From Candidatus Saccharimonadota bacterium (GTDB lineage Bacteria; Patescibacteriota; Microgenomatia; UBA1406; GWC2-37-13), in NCBI GenBank assembly GCA_016700135.1, contig CP065004.1, positions 1,020,001 to 1,052,000 of the forward strand: a stretch of DNA of 32,000 bases. The letters run 5' to 3'. The notes under the pieces were generated by a model, which saw only the letters and a program-made list of their open reading frames with translations, ran no database searches and was not told where the DNA came from. Below are positions 24,330-32,000 of the stretch, in pieces. The translations under genes and the position numbers were made by a program. How positions within the stretch are numbered: the first letter of the stretch is position 1; each line of letters starts with the position of its first letter.

Positions 24330-25535
24330 TTATTGCAGCGAATTGGTCAGTGAGAAAATCGGTGTGATGACCGCCATTACCAAAAAGCCTACAGAAACAC
24401 CCAAAACAATAAGGATCATCGGTTCCATCATGGTAAGCAGTCCTTTCACTGCCATTTCAGACTCGGTCTGATAGTATTCTGAAAGTTTCAGCAATGTCTC
24501 GTCCAGATGTCCAGTTTGTTCTCCGACGATTGCCATCTGGATCAGTGATTCGGGGAAAATCGGTTCATTGGACATGGCAGATCCCACTGACATTCCTTTT
24601 TCGACCTTTTCCTTAATTCTCTGAAATGCCTGTTTAAAAACAATGTTGCTGTTGACATCGATAACAATCACCAACCCGTCAAGAATCGGCACACCCGATG
24701 ATATCAGAATTGAAAGAGTACGGGTAGCATCTACAAGTCCGGAGGTCTTTACGATGTTCCCAAGAAGAGGGATTTTAAAAATATAACGGTCAAATATTTC
24801 CTGGCCTTTCTTCGTATTCTTCAATCTAAGAAGCGTCACGATCAGGGCAATAATTGCGATAAGTACAAACGGCCAATAGTTTTTCATGAATGTCGAGATT
24901 GCCATTATAATCTGTGTGGATTGCGGAAGTTCGACTTCGAAGCTGTCGTACAAAGACAAAAGCTGAGGCATCACGAAAGCAAACATGACAAACATCATAA
25001 CGAACATAGCAGAGATGACAACAACAGGATAGATCATTGCATTTCTGATTTTCTGACTGAATGCCCGTTGTTTTTCCAAATGTTCAGCCAGTTTCTCGAG
25101 AATACTGTCCAGTTTTCCTGAAGCTTCTCCAGATTTAACCAATGCAACGTAAAAATGTGAAAACTGTCTCGGATATTTTGACAATGCCTGCGAAAAGGTT
25201 TTACCGTCGCGGAGCGATTTGTCAATTTCTGAAAGCATTTTTTTGAGAGCAGGTTTTTGGACCTGCTTCATAATAATCTCAATTGAATCAATGAGAGTTA
25301 GTCCGGCGTCAAGCATGATAGCAAACTGCCTTGTCATATAAGTCACATCCTGAAAAGATACCTGTTGGAGCAATGTTGTGATATTGTCGAGAGAACTCGG
25401 CTTTTTTTCCTTGATCTCAATGGGGAAATAAGAGTTCTTTTTGAGATATTCAGATATTTCTTTTTCAGAACTCGCATCCATTTCTCCGCTGATTTTTGTT
25501 CCGTCTTTTTGGAGTGCTTTATATGTAAACAGCAT
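24330..25535 (-). CDS. pilC: Type IV pilus platform protein PilC (GspF/T2SSF family)
   Basis: 401 aa with two T2SSF-type repeats (FTRQFAIMLDAGLTL..., ATRTLSILISSGVPIL...) and 3 TM segments. Confidence 0.9.
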   Translation of the reverse strand: MLFTYKALQKDGTKISGEMDASSEKEISEYLKKNSYFPIEIKEKKPSSLDNITTLLQQVSFQDVTYMTRQFAIMLDAGLTLIDSIEIIMKQVQKPALKKMLSEIDKSLRDGKTFSQALSKYPRQFSHFYVALVKSGEASGKLDSILEKLAEHLEKQRAFSQKIRNAMIYPVVVISAMFVMMFVMFAFVMPQLLSLYDSFEVELPQSTQIIMAISTFMKNYWPFVLIAIIALIVTLLRLKNTKKGQEIFDRYIFKIPLLGNIVKTSGLVDATRTLSILISSGVPILDGLVIVIDVNSNIVFKQAFQRIKEKVEKGMSVGSAMSNEPIFPESLIQMAIVGEQTGHLDETLLKLSEYYQTESEMAVKGLLTMMEPMILIVLGVSVGFLVMAVITPIFSLTNSLQ

Positions 25536-25538
25536 TAG

Positions 25539-26591
25539 TTAGGCCATAAATTTTTCAATTTCCTTAGTTCTTATCGCGTATGCGTATGCATCCTCTCTTG
25601 AAATCAGATTCTGTTTGTAGAGGCGGGACAGGTATTTGTCAAAAAGAATCATCTCGTGTTCTTCGCCTGTTTCCAGAACATTATCAATCATGAAGGTTTT
25701 GCCTTCACGTACTAGTGAGGAGACTGCAGGAGTGTTGAACAGTATTTCAAGTGACGGGATTCGTCCGTTTTTCTGAAAGTTCGGAACGAGTCTCTGATAC
25801 ACAACGGCTTTCAGGACAGTCGCAAGCTGATTGCGGATCTGATTCTGCTGATGACCCGGGAACACGTCGATAATGCGGTTGATTGCTTCCGGAGTACTGT
25901 TTGTATGCAAGGTTGAGAATACAAGATGACCCGTTTCTGCAATTGTCAGAGCTGCCTGTATAGTCTCCAAATCCCGCATTTCTCCGACCAATACAACATC
26001 GGGGTCCTCACGAAGTACTGATCTCAATGCTTTTGACCACGAATGTGTGTCAGAATGCAGTTCCCGCTGTGAAATTATTGATTTTCCTGTAGGATAGACG
26101 AACTCAATCGGATCTTCAATCGTGATAATATGTTTCTTTTCAGTAATATTTATTTCATTAAGCAGTGCCGATATAGTAGTTGACTTCCCTTCTCCGGTAG
26201 GTCCTGTGAGCAGTACCAATCCGTTGCTGTACTTGGCCAGCTTATGCAGAGTGGAAGGAATGGCCAGTTCTTCGAGCGTTTTCAGTTTTTTTGGTATAAG
26301 CCTGAACGCACCCGCCAGTCCGCCTTTGACGTGATAGTAATTTATTCTGAATCTGATGTCTCCCCATTCATACCCGAAATCCGTTTCTTTATTCGTATGC
26401 AGTTCATCCTGTTGGGATTCATTAAGAATTTTTTCGAGCAAAGCTTCCGTCTGTTCTTTCGTCAGGGCGCTGCTCCCCTGCACCGGCACCAGATCGTTGT
26501 GTATGCGAAGCATCGGCGGATAATCAGGAATAATATGGAGGTCAGATGCCCCTTTCTCAAGTGTTTGCTGGAATAATTCTTCAAGTTTCAT
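25539..26591 (-). CDS. pilT: Type IV pilus retraction ATPase PilT
   Basis: 350 aa. ASDLHI..., Walker A GPTGEGKSTT, ITIEDPIEF, REDPDVVLVGEMRD and GHLVFSTLHT. Confidence 0.9.
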   Translation of the reverse strand: MKLEELFQQTLEKGASDLHIIPDYPPMLRIHNDLVPVQGSSALTKEQTEALLEKILNESQQDELHTNKETDFGYEWGDIRFRINYYHVKGGLAGAFRLIPKKLKTLEELAIPSTLHKLAKYSNGLVLLTGPTGEGKSTTISALLNEINITEKKHIITIEDPIEFVYPTGKSIISQRELHSDTHSWSKALRSVLREDPDVVLVGEMRDLETIQAALTIAETGHLVFSTLHTNSTPEAINRIIDVFPGHQQNQIRNQLATVLKAVVYQRLVPNFQKNGRIPSLEILFNTPAVSSLVREGKTFMIDNVLETGEEHEMILFDKYLSRLYKQNLISREDAYAYAIRTKEIEKFMA

Positions 26592-26612
26592 GATAAATAT
26601 AAATAGTAATAG

Positions 26613-28337
26613 TTATGTTGTCTCTGTGACTCTCATAATTTCTTCAATAGTTGTTATACCTTTGAGTGCTTTCAGGAATCCGTCCTGTTTCATGAGTACC
26701 ATTCCTTCTTTTTGCGCCTGTCCTTCAATTTCATGTGAAGATGCCCCCTTCAAAACAAGATCATTCAAAGCAGGTGAAAATTTCAAAATTTCATAGATAC
26801 CGATACGTCCCTTATAACCTGAATTGTTGCATTCTTCACACTTACGTCCACGGGTTAGCTGAATAGGTGTCCCTTCCTGATACTGGCGTGGAAGGAGCGG
26901 ACCGAGAACGTCTTTTACAGTCTGCTGTATCTCAATAGGAGGTTCGTATGTCTCCTTGCAGTTGTCACAAACGCGTCTTACGATACGCTGGGCCATCACA
27001 GCACTCAACACCGATGCAATAAGAAACGGCTCTCCTCCCAAGTCAGTCAAACGAGGAATAGCCGTTGCCGAATCGTTGGTGTGAAGCGTCGAGAATACTA
27101 AATGACCCGTCAGAGCTGCCTGTATAGCAAGCTGGGTTGTTTCTTTATCGCGGATTTCTCCGACCAGAATAATATTCGGATCCTGACGCAAAAATGACTT
27201 CAATCCTGCAGCAAACGTTAGTCCTGCCTGCGGATTGATTTGTACCTGATTGATACCTTCAATCTGGTACTCTACCGGATCCTCCAGAGTCACGATATTC
27301 ACCGCTTTTGTATTCAATTTGTTCAAAACAGAGTAAAGAGTCGTCGTTTTACCTGAACCTGTAGGCCCGGTTACCAATACAATACCGTATGACCGTCCCA
27401 TACCTTCCTCAAATCGTTTCAGTTGAGTTCCTTCAAGTCCGAGTTCCTGCAATGCCGGCATTCCTCCGCTTTTTCGAAGAAGTCGCATAACGACCTTTTC
27501 GCCATGAACAGTCGGCAAGGTGGATACACGCAAATCAATTTCTTCTTCAGTTGTCTTAAAATTGAATCGGCCGTCCTGCGGGACGCGCTTCTCATCAATC
27601 TTCATTTCCGAAAGAATTTTGATACGGGAAATTAGAGATTCATGAATGCTTGCCGGAAGTGACAGTTTTTCCTGAAGGATACCGTCAATACGGTATCTGA
27701 TACGCGTTTTAAGTTCCTGCGGTTCGATATGGATGTCCGATGCACGGCTTTTCACCGCAAATTCAAGAATGGTATTTACGATCTTTGCAATCGGAGCTGT
27801 TGTGAAATCGCTGCTGGTTTCAATTGCTTTTACCGTTTCCTTCGCAGGTTTGGCGGGTGCCACCTGTTGAAGAGCCTGTTCTACTTCAGGCGATAAGTTT
27901 TTTGTATACGCGACCGTGATTGCTTTTGCAATGTCTTCCTGAAGTGCAAGAGCAAGTATTGCCTTTGCCCCTGTTTTCATTTCAATAAAATCCTGCAGAC
28001 TGACGTTTAAAGGATCAGATGTCGCGACATATACTTTATTGGCCTGCTGATCATACATATACGGCATAATCGTATGTCGCTCTGCTATTGCCTGAGGGAT
28101 AAATTTAAGTGCCTGCGGATCGACTGCCGTGGTTGAAATATTTACATACGGCACGTTCAGCAGATCAGCTTTTGTTTTCATTATCTCCTCACTTGAGATA
28201 TTGGTATACTGTAGCAAGTAGCGATCAACGGGAATATTTTTTTTCAAACTGTCCACCTCATATTGCGAGGCTACCTGTTGATCCACAACGCCTTTTTGGA
28301 CCAGTTTCATCAGAAATTCTTTTGGAGAAATACCCAT
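26613..28337 (-). CDS. pilB: Type IV pilus assembly ATPase PilB (GspE family)
   Basis: 574 aa. N-terminal T2SSE_N-like domain, ASDIHIEP, Walker A GPTGSGKTTT, LRQDPNIILVGEIRD and a tetracysteine CDNC...CEEC. Confidence 0.9.
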   Translation of the reverse strand: MGISPKEFLMKLVQKGVVDQQVASQYEVDSLKKNIPVDRYLLQYTNISSEEIMKTKADLLNVPYVNISTTAVDPQALKFIPQAIAERHTIMPYMYDQQANKVYVATSDPLNVSLQDFIEMKTGAKAILALALQEDIAKAITVAYTKNLSPEVEQALQQVAPAKPAKETVKAIETSSDFTTAPIAKIVNTILEFAVKSRASDIHIEPQELKTRIRYRIDGILQEKLSLPASIHESLISRIKILSEMKIDEKRVPQDGRFNFKTTEEEIDLRVSTLPTVHGEKVVMRLLRKSGGMPALQELGLEGTQLKRFEEGMGRSYGIVLVTGPTGSGKTTTLYSVLNKLNTKAVNIVTLEDPVEYQIEGINQVQINPQAGLTFAAGLKSFLRQDPNIILVGEIRDKETTQLAIQAALTGHLVFSTLHTNDSATAIPRLTDLGGEPFLIASVLSAVMAQRIVRRVCDNCKETYEPPIEIQQTVKDVLGPLLPRQYQEGTPIQLTRGRKCEECNNSGYKGRIGIYEILKFSPALNDLVLKGASSHEIEGQAQKEGMVLMKQDGFLKALKGITTIEEIMRVTETT

Positions 28338-28388
28338 ATATTCAATATAAGTGATTTACCATAAAATTCAACTCTATTACTCATACAT

Positions 28389-29039
28389 ATGCACCCCCAG
28401 ATCATTCAATTAACGATACATCAGGACCCTCAGGAGGTTATCGACCTTATTCTTACGAAACATAGTAATAATCAATATAATCTTATGACCGTTTCGCCGG
28501 CCGGAAGTTCGATTACGATTGACCAGATCCGCGAGTTAAGACGCGAAATACAGCTTATGGGATCAACGAACCGTGTTATCGCATTTTATTCGTTTGAAAA
28601 AGCGACCCTTGAAGCTCAAAACGCAATGCTCAAAGTTCTTGAAGAGCTCAGTACGAAACATTTCTTTCTGCTGTTTACCAGCAATATTGATGCATTGCTT
28701 CCTACAGTCCGTTCCCGATGCAGTTTGAACCGATCATATGAGGTCCGAGAGTCTGTCGGGGGCAATCCTGAAATCAACGACATGATATCAGCCGTCCGGA
28801 AAGGAAAAGCTGCTGAGGAAATGGCAAAGTCCTGTCTTCAGCCGGGGTCTCTCGATGATGCACGTGCTCTTTTTAAAACTATTATCCATGAACTCCGCCC
28901 TTCCGCACGTCTGGGAGACATCTGGTCTCAGCAATCTATCAAAAAAGCGTTGGAGCTTCTTGCTCTATCGGAAAACAACAATCTCAATGCACAGCTTTCG
29001 GTCGATCTGTGGGTACTTGATGCAAAAAGCAGAGTTTGA
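28389..29039 (+). CDS. holB: DNA polymerase III delta-prime-like clamp-loader subunit, short form
   Basis: AQNAMLKVLEE...FFLLFTSNIDALLPTVRSRC (sensor-1 / SRC motif). No P-loop is visible in the N-terminal 60 residues. 216 aa. Confidence 0.55.
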   Translation: MHPQIIQLTIHQDPQEVIDLILTKHSNNQYNLMTVSPAGSSITIDQIRELRREIQLMGSTNRVIAFYSFEKATLEAQNAMLKVLEELSTKHFFLLFTSNIDALLPTVRSRCSLNRSYEVRESVGGNPEINDMISAVRKGKAAEEMAKSCLQPGSLDDARALFKTIIHELRPSARLGDIWSQQSIKKALELLALSENNNLNAQLSVDLWVLDAKSRV

Positions 29040-29083
29040 AACTATTTCCATCCTTCGGGAAAAAGTATTATACTGATCGTATT

Positions 29084-29563
29084 ATGCAAAAATACCATCT
29101 TTCAAAAGGCTTTACTTTAATAGAAATAATCGTTGTTATTGCAATTATAGGTATTCTTCTCGGCATAGCGACTGCCTCGTACGGGAACTCTCTCCGTCAC
29201 GGACGCGATCAGAAGCGCATCGTCAATGTCGAAACTGTCAGATCAAATCTGGAGCTGTTCCGAAGCAGCCAGGTGATGGGAGTATATCCCACAAGTATTA
29301 CAACGGGTGCATTCCCCACTTTATATCCCCTGCCACCGGATCCGCAGACGAATCAAACAAATGTGTACACTTATGCGCCAAGAACTTCTGCCGGCGGCGC
29401 ATGCAACAATACAACGACATTTTGCTCAACATATACCTTGTCAACCAGTCTTGAGATTGAAGGTAATACCTATACTGTCACACCCTCAACATCAAATGTC
29501 ACGAATAATCTTTTTGTCCGGATATTTGTCGCATTTTCAAATCAGATTGCCCGAATTATTTAG
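29084..29563 (+). CDS. Pilin-like protein (prepilin-type N-terminal cleavage/methylation domain)
   Basis: MQKYHLSKG-FTLIEIIVVIAIIGILLGIA. The start is set at ATG 29084. Confidence 0.8.
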   Translation: MQKYHLSKGFTLIEIIVVIAIIGILLGIATASYGNSLRHGRDQKRIVNVETVRSNLELFRSSQVMGVYPTSITTGAFPTLYPLPPDPQTNQTNVYTYAPRTSAGGACNNTTTFCSTYTLSTSLEIEGNTYTVTPSTSNVTNNLFVRIFVAFSNQIARII

Positions 29564-29578
29564 CTTTGAAATCACCAC

Positions 29579-30079
29579 ATGATCAAAACGCTTCGATTAG
29601 CGCAGGGATTTACTCTTGTTGAGATTATTGTCGTCATGGCCGTTATGGGGATATTCCTGGTGGTCGGGACGACGACTTACACCAATCAGGTACATGAGAA
29701 AGAACTGAAAACGGATGCAGACAGGATCGTAAATGAAATTGAAAAAGCAAGACAGGACGTACTTGCAAGAAACGTATTCGGATATACCGCCTGCAATCAT
29801 AACGGAATCAGTCTTTACGGATATTCACTTCCCAATTCGACTTACAACATCGTCTTACACTGTGTGACGACATGGCACAATATCCGGGAAGGGACTCTAG
29901 AACACAGTTATATTGCCCGAACCGAGCCATTCCTTCAGATCTATTTCCCGTATCCGTATGGAGTGCTCATGAACAATGAGCTTGTAACGATTCACCACAA
30001 TACAACAAACCGTTGTATCAACATTAATACGGGACCTTATACCCCGGCAACCGCTTCTGACCCCTATGATTGCACATAA
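29579..30079 (+). CDS. Pilin-like / minor pilin protein
   Basis: MIKTLRLAQG-FTLVEIIVVMAVMGIFLVV. Confidence 0.8.
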   Translation: MIKTLRLAQGFTLVEIIVVMAVMGIFLVVGTTTYTNQVHEKELKTDADRIVNEIEKARQDVLARNVFGYTACNHNGISLYGYSLPNSTYNIVLHCVTTWHNIREGTLEHSYIARTEPFLQIYFPYPYGVLMNNELVTIHHNTTNRCININTGPYTPATASDPYDCT

Positions 30080-30569
30080 ACTGTCACACCACAAGATCAT
30101 CAAACAGAAAGAAGCATTCAGTCTTATAGAAGTGATTGTATTTATGACGTTAGTAAGTATAGTATTGATATCTGCCGTCGGATTTACCATGCGGCTCGTG
30201 CACAACATGTCATACAATCAGCACAAGCTGTATGCGACTCATTATGTGCAGGATCTCAAGGAATGGCTGGACGGTGAACGGGAAGCGGACTGGCAGGCGT
30301 TTCAAAGTTATTCATCTCAAGCAGGAACTACTTATTGTGCCAACAATGCATTGGCTATTACCGATACGCTTGCATCATTGAGTACCGGAACCTGTCCGTT
30401 TACCGGTGTCGGGACACAAGACCCGCGGGTATTTAGAAGAACCCTCATTCTTACCAAGGACGTTGCCGGTACGGCCACAAGAGTTACTGCCCTTCTTGAG
30501 GTTGCTTGGATGGAAGACGGAGTACAACAGACGGAAAGCATTACAACAGTTTATTCACTCTGGCAATGA
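30066..30569 (+). CDS. Pilin-like / minor pilin protein
   Basis: ...KIIKQKEA-FSLIEVIVFMTLVSIVLISAV, with Ala at -1. Overlaps the upstream gene by 14 nt. Confidence 0.7.
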   Translation: MIAHKLSHHKIIKQKEAFSLIEVIVFMTLVSIVLISAVGFTMRLVHNMSYNQHKLYATHYVQDLKEWLDGEREADWQAFQSYSSQAGTTYCANNALAITDTLASLSTGTCPFTGVGTQDPRVFRRTLILTKDVAGTATRVTALLEVAWMEDGVQQTESITTVYSLWQ

Positions 30570-31153
30570 TGCAACAAATAAAGAAAAAGGGGTATACGCT
30601 GATAGAGATGATGCTTGTGATAGCGCTGGTTGCTCTATTGATGCCTGCAGTATTCAGCATTTTGTACGTCATCATGCAGCAGCAGGTCAAGATCTATGAG
30701 CTCACCGAAACAAAGCGGCAGGGCGATTATGTCATGCAGCTGATGAAAGAGAAAATAATGAGAGATGCAGTAAGCTTAAGACGTGATGATGACGGGATTT
30801 TTGCAAACGTCGCAGTAATCACGAACATATGCAACAACACCGGTACCAGCTTTACATCAGCAAGTAACGGTCAGGATTTTGTTTTTCTGAATGATCTTAA
30901 CAATCCGTTCCAGTACGTCCAGTCCGGAAATACAATAAGGTTTCGGGAAATCGGAACGCCGAATGTGGATGCTGCATTAAGCAGTAACCGTGTCATTATC
31001 TCGAATTTTCAGATTACATGCGCAGTCAAATCAACCTACACTGATCCAGTCGTGAGTTTTTCCTACACGGCAACTTTTAATCGCGCTGTTCCGAATCCAC
31101 AACTGGGTACTACACAACTTCAGTATCAGACAAAAATTAAGTTGAGGATTTAG
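30566..31153 (+). CDS. Pilin-like / minor pilin protein
   Basis: MMQQIKKKG-YTLIEMMLVIALVALLMPAV. The ATG overlaps the upstream TGA (ATGA). Confidence 0.75.
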   Translation: MMQQIKKKGYTLIEMMLVIALVALLMPAVFSILYVIMQQQVKIYELTETKRQGDYVMQLMKEKIMRDAVSLRRDDDGIFANVAVITNICNNTGTSFTSASNGQDFVFLNDLNNPFQYVQSGNTIRFREIGTPNVDAALSSNRVIISNFQITCAVKSTYTDPVVSFSYTATFNRAVPNPQLGTTQLQYQTKIKLRI

Positions 31154-31199
31154 CGATCCTGCATTGATTTTTAGTACTCCTCTCTGCTACTCTTAATGT

Positions 31200-32000
31200 A
31201 TGGCAAGCAATTTTTTTTCCATAGATTTAAGTGAACAGTATACCCGCCTCGCACATCTTGAAACAAAAAAAAATAAGATTGAGCTACTGTCTCTCGGATA
31301 TGATGCAACCATGCCGAATTTTTATACAAATCCTGATGAAAAATCCGCTCAGGAAGAAGCGAAGCTGATAACTACTCTTCACCGTCAGCTAAATATTTCT
31401 TCAACCCGTGCACATGTGGTGGTGCCTGATACTCTGACGTATTCGCAACTATTATTGATGCCGGAACTTTCTGAAGAAGAGCTTGTCAAGGCCATTCGTC
31501 TCCAGGCTGATGAATTGGTTCCGCTCCCGATAAGTGAAGTATATCTTGATCTTGAAATTATCAGTAAGCTTCCAAACGGTAAGCTGCTTATTCTGTTTGT
31601 TGCTTCACAAAAGAAAATCGTCGATCATATTTACAAAACTATCGAATATGCCAATCTCGAACCGATTTCACTTGAGAATGAACTTACTGCAATAGGACGT
31701 TTTTTGACGGAGTTTTTTAAGTTTATAAAAGAACCGTCAATCCTTTTGAATTTCGGCTATTCCGGAAGTACCATATATGTGATCAATCCCGCATTTCCCT
31801 TTTTTCAGGTTACCCGGACATTACGGATCGGTTTTGATGTCATTTTCAGAGACTTAAAACTGAATACAAACCTGAGTGATCAAAAAGCTCTTGAAGCATT
31901 GAAGACAATTGGCCTAAACGCGAGCGGGAGCGTCAATGTATACTCGGTAATATACCCCGTACTGAACGAACTGTTTTCTGAGGTGGAAAAAACGATACTT
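31200..32000 (+). CDS. pilM: Type IV pilus assembly protein PilM (actin-like ATPase), N-terminal part; gene runs off the right edge
   Basis: Frame open from ATG 31200 to the window end. MASNFFSIDLSEQYTRLAHLE...HVVVPDTLTYSQLLLMPELSEEELVKAIRLQADELVPLPISEVYLDLEII... has the PilM pattern. Absent from the ORF track because it is open-ended. Confidence 0.6.
   Translation, partial: MASNFFSIDLSEQYTRLAHLETKKNKIELLSLGYDATMPNFYTNPDEKSAQEEAKLITTLHRQLNISSTRAHVVVPDTLTYSQLLLMPELSEEELVKAIRLQADELVPLPISEVYLDLEIISKLPNGKLLILFVASQKKIVDHIYKTIEYANLEPISLENELTAIGRFLTEFFKFIKEPSILLNFGYSGSTIYVINPAFPFFQVTRTLRIGFDVIFRDLKLNTNLSDQKALEALKTIGLNASGSVNVYSVIYPVLNELFSEVEKTIL

Overview
Gene-dense, moderately AT-rich bacterial fragment. 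By inference from gene content it looks like a streamlined, probably CPR/Patescibacteria-type genome: short housekeeping proteins, type IV pilus machinery and a divergent stand-alone 16S gene. The standard genetic code applies, because TGA terminates several clearly intact genes.

Layout:
- 1-9137, minus strand: dnaX (5' end), ybeY-like, rpsU, DHH-motif phosphoesterase, proS, DUF4342, P-loop kinase, rseP, frr, tsf, rpsB, galU, Ig-like secreted protein, tmk.
- 9167-20178: HAD hydrolase, polytopic membrane protein, a membrane-anchored two-ring Clp/Hsp100-like AAA+ ATPase, two tiny membrane ORFs, a tRNA cluster, two tandem divergent DUF62/SAM-hydrolase-like paralogs plus a small membrane protein, an M23 peptidase, a stand-alone 16S rRNA gene with its own promoter and processing helix, and a 1.1-kb IS481/IS3-type insertion sequence with a broken transposase.
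- 20322-32000: mreB, an O-antigen-ligase-like/TPR membrane protein, and a type IV pilus locus (major pilin, pilC, pilT, pilB, holB-like, four pilin-like genes, pilM 5' end).

The most unusual feature is at 13638-13827. A complete tRNA-Val(UAC) gene sits on a base-paired stalk inside the anticodon loop, at position 37/38, of a second tRNA-Val(UAC) gene. The two copies differ only by two compensatory acceptor-stem pairs.

Other points worth follow-up:
- A degenerate D1 ring and transmembrane N-terminus in the AAA+ protein.
- The DUF62 tandem pair.
- Compensated changes in the 16S 530-loop pseudoknot that also break the universal V4 primer sites.
- A recurrent TATAAT-N6-9-ATG (leaderless-type) architecture at gene starts.

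All calls were made by eye from the sequence and the ORF track. No searches or folding programs were run.
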